From: Lepidodermella squamata
Taxonomy: Eukaryota; Animalia; Gastrotricha
DNA: 64,000 bases
NCBI GenBank assembly: GCA_047495785.1
Contig: JBLDXI010000029.1
Coordinates: 806,001 to 870,000 of the forward strand
Direction of reading: 5' to 3'
The notes beneath the pieces are model-generated. The model made no database searches. It worked only from the letters and a program-made list of their open reading frames with translations, and was not told the origin of the DNA. Shown piece after piece: positions 10,855 through 21,821 of this stretch. The translations under genes were made by a program, and so were the position numbers. Every line of letters begins with the position of its first letter. Position 1 is the first letter of the stretch.

Positions 10855-11526
10855 ATTAAAAGCGATACGAGTATATTCAGTCATCTGGTTGACTGAATCA
10901 AACCCCACATTTGCTTGCGCTATTCATTTCGTCATGTCGAGGCTCGAGTTTTTCGCCGTTGAAACTGATTCATGCACTAAAACAATAACCTTCAATTGTT
11001 GAAGTTCATATTCGGCGTTGTAGCAGCAATCCGGAATTTGAGTAGGATCAGCCTCAGGCCCATTTACAATCGGGTAGCAGCCATCGCCAACAGACACTTT
11101 TGTGCCACCAAAAGGGGCGTTATTTTTGCAAATATCGCGAATGGTTACGGGTTTGCGAATGGTAATCATGTTTTAAATTACTTCAATTGTTATTTCAATT
11201 GTGGACAAATAAAAATGTGTTCGAATTTTCCACCGTCTGACCCAGTAGTTTTTCATCTTTTCGATGTACTCTAGTGTAAGTTTCCGTGTGTAAAAGAAAT
11301 CGGGTGAAAAACATGTCATTGATGCTAAACCGGATATTTAGTTTTAAGGAGTTTTAAGAGCTCTATCTAACACATTAGAGTGCTCAACAATCGGAAACCA
11401 TGTAAAAACTTGAGGGGGAAGATCGAGTTAGGCCTAGGAAGTTGGATGCAGGCATGTGACATGCGTAACCTCAAGGCACTCAAGTCATTTTCTTCTCATT
11501 ACAAGCTCATTTTTCGTTAAGCTATA

Positions 11527-13839
11527 ATGATTTTTACGTTTATTATTTCAACTTTGCTGGCTAATCAGGGCGCAGTGGTTGGAAGTAAGCCCAAAACGCT
11601 TCGCATGCTGAATTTAAGAATACAATCGCCGGGGAGCGCATGTGCCATTGGGCAAGATATCGTTGTAGATATCATCAATAATCGAAACGACATTCTACCG
11701 AATTACCAAGTCGTCCTTCACAGTGTTACTGAAGGCGCAAATGGCATGCTAGCTCCCAAAGCAGTTGCTGATTTCGACCTGAGCTTCGACGGGCAGCAAT
11801 CGACATACCAAGCCCCTTTGCTGTCAGGGCCATCTCTTACACCTGGTTGCAAGGCTGTTGGCTCTATTGTGCATCACTTCGGAATGATCGCACTAGCTGC
11901 AGCGTGTCTCAACCCTAAATTCACAGCAAATAGACGTCTCTACCCAGGTCTGTTTCGCGAACGGGCATCGGCTGAGATATCCAACTATCCTTTGGTCTCA
12001 TTCATAAAGCGAATAGGACGCTGGCAGAAGTTCGCCATTATCGCAAATTCGGACAATGAATACAACACTGCAGTTGCAACTCATCTCCACCAAACCGCTA
12101 AATCAGAAGGTCTGATGGTTAGCTGGTTCGAGGCAACTCCTTCGCCGGATACTAACTCGCTGAGCTTGCTAAAAGATAGTGGTGTTCGGGTGATCTTTAT
12201 TCAATCTGTGGAAAGCCCTTTCCTGTCCAACTTTCTTTGCCTGGCGTATGAAGCGGGAATTTACGGGCCGAAATACGTTTTTATAACTACCTATTCCTTG
12301 GCTTATCGAGATCCAAGTTTGACAACCACAGATACCTGCACGGCCCAAGTAATCAGGAAACAGATGGGTAGCATCTACTACGCCGGTACTGCAACATTTA
12401 CCCTCGAGAACAACGGCTTCCTCCAGCTAGGTTACGATCTTTCTGGGTTCGATGCTATGTTTCTGAATTACAGTAATGGCACGAAACGAGAAGATTTTTC
12501 TGACCGAATTTTTTGCCACGATCGCATCTTGCATTCTCTGTTAGTTTTAGACGAAACGGAAAAACGCCTGCAAATGCAAAACATTTCGTTAAGTGATTTC
12601 CGCGAAAATCGAGCCTTTGTTATGAACGTTTTAAACGAAACTTTGCCGTCACTTCCGTTCACCGGACTACGTATGGGCCTGTTCAAGTACAGCGAGAGGC
12701 TTGAAATCGAGGAAGACTTGTTTTACGTGTCTAGCCAAGCTGCATCGCTTGCTTCGGCTTTCAATTTGAAAATAATAGCAGGTAGTGCTAATACTTCCAG
12801 AGATTTCGTGAAGCCGAGCTCTGGCATCCAACCACTCAAATGGAACACTGTTGACGGAGAACCGCCAAAGGATAGCGCCCGAGTAATCGAAACACTGAAA
12901 TTTGTACCCCAAGAAGTTGTCTATCTGATTATAATTGCCGCAACAATCGTTTTGACGATAAAGATAGTTGCGCTCGGCGTTATTTTCTATTTGAAAAGAA
13001 AGAAAAAACTTCCCACATCGATTCAAAGCAACTTCGAACCGATAATTCTGGTATTTGGCTGCACAATTGTGGATGTTTCTTCAATTCTCTATGTAAAAGG
13101 GCTGAATCAATACGGCGTGTTAATATGTGATTTGAGACTGATCTTAGGCGTAATTGGTATGACTATCGTCCATGCATGCCTCTTCACAAGTATTCTGACG
13201 CGTTACAAGTTCAGTGAACCTACCGGTAGCTGTAATGTGTCCGATAATGGGGATCCGCGAACGAAAGGTACCGTACTCCGAGCGCATTCAAGAACTTATC
13301 CGGCCCGTCATCAAAGGAAGATCCATAGAACAACGCCTTCTTCCACCAGAAATGTTGCTATTGCTTTAGCTCTAGCCTTTGCGGCTATTAATTTCATCGC
13401 GTTGATCGTCGCGTTCTCCGACGGATCTTTCAGGGTGGTTTCGGTCGCCGTGGTTACAGAATCTGGGTACGATGATGATTCTGATGCGATATACGAAGTG
13501 TTTGAGTATCAGTGTCAGTCGGTGGCCATCAATACATTCTATGCGATGACATTTGGAAGCCATGGTCTTGTCATTTTCACGACAGCTTTCATGGCATATC
13601 AACTTCGAGCTAAGACTGATGTAAATCATTTACGTCTTGCTGTCGCTAGCGAGATGACGCTTTTCACTGCAATGTGTCTCATTGTGACTGTTCTATCGTC
13701 ATCCTCTGCTACATCCCAGCATTTGGCCGTCTCAATTGGATTGTTCATTGCTGCTAGCTGCACCCCATTCTTAGTTTTTTATCGTCTGTTTAGTAAGGTA
13801 AAAACGACAGCCCTTCGCCAGTCCAGTGTTCCGGCCTAA
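11527..13839 (+). CDS. Class C GPCR, GABA-B-receptor-like, paralogue 4, intronless
   Basis: 770-aa ORF with the same VFT motifs (DIINNRNDILPNY, ERASAE, GEPPKD) and a more diverged 7TM region. Confidence 0.88.
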   Translation: MIFTFIISTLLANQGAVVGSKPKTLRMLNLRIQSPGSACAIGQDIVVDIINNRNDILPNYQVVLHSVTEGANGMLAPKAVADFDLSFDGQQSTYQAPLLSGPSLTPGCKAVGSIVHHFGMIALAAACLNPKFTANRRLYPGLFRERASAEISNYPLVSFIKRIGRWQKFAIIANSDNEYNTAVATHLHQTAKSEGLMVSWFEATPSPDTNSLSLLKDSGVRVIFIQSVESPFLSNFLCLAYEAGIYGPKYVFITTYSLAYRDPSLTTTDTCTAQVIRKQMGSIYYAGTATFTLENNGFLQLGYDLSGFDAMFLNYSNGTKREDFSDRIFCHDRILHSLLVLDETEKRLQMQNISLSDFRENRAFVMNVLNETLPSLPFTGLRMGLFKYSERLEIEEDLFYVSSQAASLASAFNLKIIAGSANTSRDFVKPSSGIQPLKWNTVDGEPPKDSARVIETLKFVPQEVVYLIIIAATIVLTIKIVALGVIFYLKRKKKLPTSIQSNFEPIILVFGCTIVDVSSILYVKGLNQYGVLICDLRLILGVIGMTIVHACLFTSILTRYKFSEPTGSCNVSDNGDPRTKGTVLRAHSRTYPARHQRKIHRTTPSSTRNVAIALALAFAAINFIALIVAFSDGSFRVVSVAVVTESGYDDDSDAIYEVFEYQCQSVAINTFYAMTFGSHGLVIFTTAFMAYQLRAKTDVNHLRLAVASEMTLFTAMCLIVTVLSSSSATSQHLAVSIGLFIAASCTPFLVFYRLFSKVKTTALRQSSVPA

Positions 13840-14011
13840 TTCTTTACTAATTCATAGCCAGTTGAATTGAATGCGTCAAACCACATACATATTTTGCTGC
13901 TCTTTGTCAAACACTAAAGCATTTGTCGTGAACGCTTTAAAATGACGTTATTCCAGTTTTCTGAAAATAAAAAAAAAACAAAAAACAAAAAATAATAAAA
14001 GCAAAATATTG

Positions 14012-14084
14012 CGCCCTCCGGGGGACTCGAACCCCCGACCCTGTGATTAAAAGTCACATGCTCTACCGACTGAGCTAGGAAGGC
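14012..14084 (-). tRNA. tRNA-Lys(UUU)
   Basis: Reverse complement GCCTTCCTAGCTCAGTCGGTAGAGCATGTGACTTTTAATCACAGGGTCGGGGGTTCGAGTCCCCCGGAGGGCG forms a cloverleaf with TTT anticodon and is followed by T-runs. Confidence 0.95.
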
Positions 14085-14762
14085 CGTTGATAATGGGTGT
14101 CATGACGACTCCTTAATTTCAGCACGCTGCAATAAAGCAGCAAAAGTCTGGTGATAACAACAACAAAATACCATAATTACGCAGTTCGTACCTATTTTAC
14201 TGTTGTGCATTACATATAACGGTTCGAGCGCATTACTTCTTCAAACTTCATCATTCGGAAGATGAATACTTAATGTTGCAAAAATAATACCAAGAAATAT
14301 CAAGAAAATTTTCTGTCGAATTTCAATTTATCCCAATGCTATATTTCTTGTTAGCTTTTTAATTCCGAAAGTGAGTAATTTGAAGGATCTGCACAAATTC
14401 AATGGGATCTCAGGGTTCTCAGTCCAAAAATATATAACTGGTGGCAAGAATGTGACATCGTGAACAGTTAATTTCGAATATATGTCCCAAAATATATAAC
14501 TTTTTCAAATTCAGTTCATAAAACAATGAAAGACCTATCGATGCTGCTAACTGCTGCATACAAAATCCATTACGGTTGCGGAAAAGTAGGAAAATGCGAG
14601 CAGAAACGATACTTTACTTTGCAATAGTTGAAACAATTATACGATTTGAATATGCATTAGAAGCCCAACACCCTGATTCAAGCGGTCTTCCGCGGTAACA
14701 TCTTCAGGGTCAGTTTTGAGCGGCGCCTTGTATGGATCGAAATAATGAACCGAAATAATGGA

Positions 14763-16226
14763 TTACCCAATCAGCTCTTCTTGATGCTCGTTAATGTTAT
14801 CCATTTGAACTGTTCGGGTTGAAGGTAAATTCGCCCTCGCCCTACGGAAATTGTTACATATTTTGCAAGCGGCAAAACAATAACTACCCAAGCCGATGAA
14901 GATCAACAGAGCAAGAATACTCATAAAAACCGATGCAGCTTCAAAATTATGTAGCCTGCCATTTGCCATCGAACAGCCGAGTGCAACAGCATCAGATTCA
15001 TTTAAATATGCAAGATTCTTCATGTTGACCACCTCCGGTGTACTGCAAGTACCTGCCACAGCTCTTCTAGCGTGATGATTACTAACGATCAAAAAGACTA
15101 AAGGGCAATCGCAGTTCAGAGGATTATCATGTAGGTCCAGTAGATTTATGTAACTCCAATCATCACAAGCTTTCTCATCAAGGCTATCTATTTTGTTGCC
15201 ACGCAAAAGGATGGTAACGTTCTTTGTCGAATTTGCAATCCGTCCGAAATTCAACGCGCCTTGTTCAATTCGAGTCAGGGTATTATTGCTGGCGTCCAAC
15301 AAAATTAATGACGGCGGTACATGTTTGATGGATCGAATTTTGCAATTTGCCATGTGAAGTTTCTTGATGTTTGGTAGGTGATCTAGCATTTCCGGAATCG
15401 ACAGATCGAGCTTACTGTTATGCGATAACTCAAGAACTTCCAATTGCGTGAAATCGCTTGAAAATTTCACTTCAGTCAAGTTGTTGAAACTCAAGTTCAG
15501 CGAGACGATACTTTCCGGCAATGTTGAATTCGAGATGTTGACTTCTGTAATAGCGCAACCATGCATATCGATATGCTTCAGTGATCCCAATTTCGTAAAA
15601 ACGTCGTTAGGAATATACTTGAAATGTAAGTCTTCTACCAAGTTGAGTGAATTCAACCTCGGAAAGCAATTAAAAGTGTCGCGACTAATATTCCTTATTC
15701 CACATTGTTTGAAAGTTAGTTCTTTCAAATTTCCTACTTTTGCTTCTGCATTAACCAAGGAACAGGTGATATTTCGATGCGTTAAGATGCGGACATCCGA
15801 AATCTCGATGAGCAGCGATTTCAGGCTCAGTTGCGTAAAGGGAAGTTTGAAGTAACTCCGATCAGCTTGATTCGAGCCGAGTAATAGGTGCTTCAGTGTG
15901 GATTCGACATCCTTGAACGCATTGTCAGCTATCTCGATTAAGGTATTCCCACGAAGATCAATTGTCTCAACACCCAAAGGCTTGAAATCACCTTCGTCGA
16001 TGTAATTTATTGAGTTGTTTGCCAAATCAAGCTTTGTAAATTGAATCGCTTCCGACGTATTCAAAATGGCGAATTCAGGCATGTATTCGAGACCGCGATT
16101 GCTGCAATCGATCAGGCGAAATTGTGGGAAGAAATTGCATTGATCGAGTGGCTCTTTTATGCCATCAAAATAAGAGCGAGCAGATGTAAAAAATGAAAGG
16201 CTCATAATTATTTCCAGCATTTCCAT
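14763..16226 (-). CDS. Single-pass type I membrane leucine-rich-repeat protein (LRRNT-LRRs-LRRCT-TM-short tail)
   Basis: LRRNT (C...IDCSNRGL), repeated LxxLxLxxN units, LRRCT (NPLNCDC...CSTP), TM SVFMSILALLIFIGLGSYCF and a short tail with no TIR domain. The first in-frame ATG is at 16226. Confidence 0.85.
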   Translation of the reverse strand: MEMLEIIMSLSFFTSARSYFDGIKEPLDQCNFFPQFRLIDCSNRGLEYMPEFAILNTSEAIQFTKLDLANNSINYIDEGDFKPLGVETIDLRGNTLIEIADNAFKDVESTLKHLLLGSNQADRSYFKLPFTQLSLKSLLIEISDVRILTHRNITCSLVNAEAKVGNLKELTFKQCGIRNISRDTFNCFPRLNSLNLVEDLHFKYIPNDVFTKLGSLKHIDMHGCAITEVNISNSTLPESIVSLNLSFNNLTEVKFSSDFTQLEVLELSHNSKLDLSIPEMLDHLPNIKKLHMANCKIRSIKHVPPSLILLDASNNTLTRIEQGALNFGRIANSTKNVTILLRGNKIDSLDEKACDDWSYINLLDLHDNPLNCDCPLVFLIVSNHHARRAVAGTCSTPEVVNMKNLAYLNESDAVALGCSMANGRLHNFEAASVFMSILALLIFIGLGSYCFAACKICNNFRRARANLPSTRTVQMDNINEHQEELIG

Positions 16227-16978
16227 TTTATATTTTTGTTTCTGCAATTTCCAAACAACCAAGCTTCTTCCATATGCCTTCTGCTATCTGACAAAGATCA
16301 AGACCAACCAACCATCACAAATTAGCCTACGTATTCGCAGACTGCTGAGCTAATAGCTTCAAGACTTGCTATTTAACTCAGCATATCGCGAAGCACTCTC
16401 TGGAACCCAAGGATTTGTTTTGCTGCGCTAAAATCACTCGGGGTTCCAGATCGGGGGAAATTGTATTTGTCCATGGTTATCCATAGAGTATTCCCTTATT
16501 ATCACGTGGAAGGTTAGCTTCAATTATGATTGTGAAAATACCACATGTTTCCAAAACAAAATAAAGGAGCGAAAATGTTGCAATCCTTACGGAAAAACCG
16601 ACCACACACAGAGAGTAGGGTTTAGGATTAAAAAAACGCTTAAAAATAACAACGAGAAAAATGTAACAAACATCAAGCTACAAAATTGCAAGCAATCGCA
16701 TTTTCTCTAAAGCGCAAAACTAACAATGGTTGTATGTATTCTATTTAATATTGAGCGACTACCATAAGGTAAATACAGCTGCAGTACGCTCATCTATCAC
16801 GTTTTTCGTTATTTACGCTGAATTGGCTTCTTGAACGTTTTTGAAGATGATGCGCAAGAAACGATCGATTTTTCTCGCCTCGCATTACTAGTAATACTCT
16901 GATAATAGAAACTGCAACCGAGAATCCTCAGTTTTAAAAGCAAAAACCTAAACGCTGCCGATTTCTATAAAATCTAAA

Positions 16979-19470
16979 ATGGACTATGAGCACAAGAACC
17001 CTCTAACCTATTTTCAATTGCCGGAGGTCTGTTCTCGCAATGAATCATTCAACAATGCGTGGATCGATTTCAGGACTAAGAATGACATTGATGCTGCGAG
17101 ACTGCCGAACAACTGTAGAGCTTTCTTAGAAAACTGTACGATAGAAGAGACTGTTCATTGCATTTCGCGAAATATCGAGTACTGGTCGTATTTTATATAT
17201 TGGTTGCCGTTTGGCATTCTCGGAAGTATGATGGCCAGTTTTCTGAATTTTTTCGTAACTTACCTCATTTCCGGCTTACCTTTCAAACCGGTAAGTTGCT
17301 ACGCGTACAAACCAAATCCTTACTAATGTCATTTAATATATTTCTACATTATTTCTAGCGCCATGTTATTTTGATCAGCTTGTCCATATCTGACGCGTCC
17401 CTTGGCAATGCGTCCTTCATATCATTCTTGTGTGATTACTATCCACCAGTCTTCGATCGCCAACCTCTCGTGAATTTTATGGCGAATGTTGTTACTATGG
17501 TATTGACAAGGTTTATATTTCTAGTGCACTTGTTGAAGAAGCACTTGTTTGCAGATGTGTTGGTATGTCTCAACAACAAGCTTACTTTTGCTAGCAGTAG
17601 ACAGCTTCTTAGCAACCCGGTTCGCCTTCAGATACGCTGAGGTTTGGTGTTTAAATGCGACCAAAGCCACGATCGTTATTCAATGGATCGGCTGTACGTT
17701 CTTAGCCGTCCACGTGAATGTTAAGCCTCACGATAACATCATTATGCACTCCATGCTTTTTGGCACGCTTGTCGCTATTCAAATCGTTATTTTCACTCTT
17801 TCCATCGATATTTTCGGCCTTACAGAGCGGATAAGGTCAGGATAGATCCTGCAATAGCTTTCAAATCTATTTCAGAATTTATTAGGCGTCTTAGGAAGGC
17901 TTCGACGCGAGAGAGCGAGCAGTCGAAACGCACTTTGAGGTATATTTTAGGCTTCATGTGTAAAGTTGATCCGTGCTTTGTCGTTGGCAGGGAAAGCCGC
18001 GTCAAGTCCTTGGTGACGATCGTCATTATCATAGTCTGCTCCTACATTTTCTGGATACCGTTATTTGTGAATTTATTCTTCAGCCAAAAGCTTCAGGAAA
18101 AAAGCGACCCTTCGCTGTTATAGTAAGCAATTTTGAATTACTAGCATATAATTATTTTATATTAGTATTTTATAAAGCACTCAAAAATATAGGTCGTGTA
18201 AACGTGCCAATTCGATATTTTTGATACAACACTCGTAAATCGTTATATATTGAACTCGCCGTACTCGATTCACTCGTCTTCACTCGCATTCGACTCGCTC
18301 TGATTAGTAAATCTCGACCAGCGCAGTTCAGATATATAGACTTTGTACATGTGTTTGCTAAAGTTGATTAAGGAGGATTAAGCGCACTTGCTTACGAGAA
18401 ATCGTTCCTTGTCCCTTATTTCCGGTTCTTGCCTTATAATTCATAAAATACGGTTATAAAAACTAATATTCTCTGTCTGTTGGTCTATTTCATTTTTGAT
18501 AGCCTTATCTGCTTTGTCGTCAGCTGCCTTCAGCTGAACTCGATAATAAACCCGGTCATTTACGCATTCCGATTCTGGCTTCGACGCGAGAGAGCGAGCA
18601 GTCGAAACGCACTTTGAGGTATATTTTAGGCTTCATGTGTAAAGTTGATCCGTGCTTTGTCGTTGGCAGGGAAAGCCGCGTCAAGTCCTTGGTGACGATC
18701 GTCATTATCATAGTCTGCTCCTACATTTTCTGGATACCGTTATTTGTGAATTTATTCTTCAGCCAAAAGCTTCAGGAAAAAAGCGACCCTTCGCTGTTAT
18801 AGTAAGCAATTTTGAATTACTAGCATATAATTATTTTATATTAGTATTTTATAAAGCACTCAAAAATATAGGTCGTGTAAACGTGCCAATTCGATATTTT
18901 TGATACAACACTCGTAAATCGTTATATATTGAACTCGCCGTACTCGATTCACTCGTCTTCACTCGCATTCGACTCGCTCTGATTAGTAAATCTCGACCAG
19001 CGCAGTTCAGATATATAGACTTTGTACATGTGTTTGCTAAAGTTGATTAAGGAGGATTAAGCGCACTTGCTTACGAGAAATCGTTCCTTGTCCCTTATTT
19101 CCGGTTCTTGCCTTATAATTCATAAAATACGGTTATAAAAACTAATATTCTCTGTCTGTTGGTCTATTTCATTTTTGATAGCCTTATCTGCTTTGTCGTC
19201 AGCTGCCTTCAGCTGAACTCGATAATAAACCCGGTCATTTACGCATTCCGATTCTGCGACGTTCGAGCTCGGCTTGCGACCTTTTTGCGCCGTTTCGATG
19301 GACTTCGGCAGCTTAGCAGCTTTTTGTCTGGACGGAGCGGAGAATCGAAAGAAAACGGTCAAAAATACACTTCTAACAGCCATCGTTCACTGAATGCACA
19401 TGTTCCCGTGGAAAAAGAACAAAATGCTACTGCTCATGACAAAACCATAGAATCTCAGATGCTGGAATGA
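16979..19470 (+). CDS. Orphan class A (rhodopsin-like) GPCR, paralogue A, multi-exon, containing a 679-bp internal tandem duplication
   Basis: Spliced reading gives 7 TM: LISLSISD (TM2), LLAVDSF (DRY position), CSYIFWIP (TM6), NSIINPVIYAFR (NPxxY). GT-AG introns (e.g. 17291-17358) sit at the same positions as in paralogues B and C. Confidence 0.8.
17898..19255 (+). repeat. Perfect 679-bp tandem duplication (17898-18576 / 18577-19255)
   Basis: Identical ORFs recur 679 bp apart (17935/18614, 17973/18652). The junction reads ...CGATTCT|GGCTTCGACG. Confidence 0.95.
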
Positions 19471-20333
19471 AGTCCCATTTCTGTGAAATCTGGAAATCGG
19501 AATCTGCCTGTTTCTGACCTAATGCCGCTCAGTGGGATAGAGCAATAAATTGAAATGAATTTCCGTTGATCTATCCGCTCTTTCGTTCTATCGGGTTTAA
19601 TTCAGAGCAGCTATTACTTAGCTCATGAATTCGGAAGCTCATCGCAACGAAAACAGGGCGACAAGCATCTGAGCAACTTTTATAATGTAAGCATAATTGT
19701 AATGTAAGTAGGAATAGTAGGAACCGGCAACCTAAAGCAACGGATCAATCCTAGCCTTTAAGAACGAACGAATAGGAATCGTGAACTTAGGTTGAAAGGT
19801 AAATGTGGTATTAGGCTTCAATAATCAGTCCAAACAGCCCAGCCAGATCGCATCGATCCAATCTTTGACGTTGTGGAAATAACTGTGAACGAATGAGTAA
19901 ATGAAAATCATAAGTATTCATACTTTTAGCATTCCGATGATAGCTGTCATAAATAAAGCCTCGTGTATTTTGATTTTATTATTTTCAGCCTGGATTTTAG
20001 CACAAGGCTGAGACGAACTGAAATAGAATAGAATTTCCGGAATGAACAAATTGCGTCGGCTGCGAATTTGCTGAGAGAGCCAATCGTCTTCACGCTCCAT
20101 TTATTGATCATCAGATTTCAAATGACATGCCTTGCGAATGCCGCAAAGTACTTACTCATCTTTTTTGCAAGTAAATTGGCTTCTTCAACACGTGCGATCT
20201 TGCAAAAGTGATGCGCAAGTAAGGAGCAAATCGATTCCCATCGATTTTTCTCGCTACGCATGAGCTCAATTATGCGGGACCGCGTATCACAACATTGGCA
20301 TTTGAAAAACCAGCAGTTTCCGATTCCGCCAGA

Positions 20334-21821
20334 ATGAATTACGAGCGTGAATTTCTGTTCACCTATTCGAAATGGCCTGAAGTTTGTTTGCGAAATAAGA
20401 CGTTCAGAAGAACATGGCTCAATTTCACCAAAAAAATGTACCTTGATGCCTCGACCCTTCCTATCAATTGCCGACCATACTTGGAAAACTGTTCACTACC
20501 AGAGGGTATTCACTGCATTGAAAACAACATTGATTACTGGTCCAATTTCAAATATTGGCTACCGTTCGGCGTTCTTGGATGTTTGGCCTCAATTTTCTTC
20601 AATTTATTTGTAACTTATCTCATCTTCCGCCTGCATTCGAAACCGGTAAAATTGTATTCCGAATATTTCTTCGCTCTAATCGGAAATATTTTTTCAGCGC
20701 CATATTGTTTTGATCAGCATATCTATTTCGGACGCAACACTCGGCAATGCATCTTTCATGTCGTTCTTGTCTGATAACTACCCACCGGTTTTCACTCAGC
20801 AGCCGCTAGTGCAGTTCATTTCAAACGTTATTGTCATCGTAATAACAAAACTTTCAATGCTTAACCCCCAGTCAATGATTTAATTTTACAGTCCTGTTGG
20901 TTCATTTCTACATCCAGCCTACTTCTTTTGGCGATAGACTGCTACCTGGCCACCCGCTTCGTTTTCAGATACGCCGAGGTTTGGGTTTTCAATGCTACCA
21001 AAGCTCTGGTAATCATACAATGGCTCGGATGCACAAGCTTTGCTGTCTATGTGAAAGCTAAGCCTCGAGATAATGTCATTACCCACTTGACGCTTTTCGG
21101 AATGCTAGTCGCTATCCAAATTGTAGTGTTAGTCCTTTCAATCGACGCGTTCAATCTTACTGAACGGATAAGGTACATAATATCAAACTCAAATAAGGTT
21201 AGCTGAATTTGTGATTATAGACGCCAAAGAAAAGCTTCGACACTCCCGAGCGACCATTCGAAACAAATATCCAGGTAGGAGCAACATTCGTTGATTTTTC
21301 ACTTTTATAAGGATTTTGCTTATCAGGGACAGCCGTGTTAAATCTTTGGTGACCATATTGGTGCTGATAGCCTGCTCTTACATCCTTTGGATTCCGCTGT
21401 TCGCAAATTTAGCCGTCAGCCAGATGGTTCAGAAAACCAATGATCGTTTGCTGCTTTAGTGAGTGGACCAAGCAGAAAAATTACCCAATTTTAATTGTAA
21501 TCTTTGCTTCTTTACAGCATCGCCGCCCTTGTCGTCAGCTGCCTTCAGTTGAACTCCGTCGTGAATCCGATAATTTACGCTCTACGATTCTCAGACGTTC
21601 GGGCTCAACTGGCGACATTTTTCGGCCGTTTCGGCGATTCACGACGGCAGAGCAGTTTCCTGAATAGAGAAGGCAGTAAAATTTCTGAGAGTGGTCGAAG
21701 ACTCACGGCCAACTTCATGAATTCGTCGAAAGTATGTGTTACGTTAGAAATGAAACCGGTGCAGGTTTCTGCTCGTGATGATGAACAAACATGGGAACCC
21801 AGTGCTACACCCTTGGAATAA
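20334..21821 (+). CDS. Orphan class A GPCR, paralogue B, six exons
   Basis: MNYERE start; motifs LISISISD, LAIDCY, CSYILWIP, NSVVNPIIYALRF; five short GT-AG introns at conserved positions. Confidence 0.82.

Noticed and set aside
18229-18300. Short ACTCG periodic repeat in a GPCR intron
   Set aside because: Only about six degenerate units; probably a repeat remnant with no supportable function.
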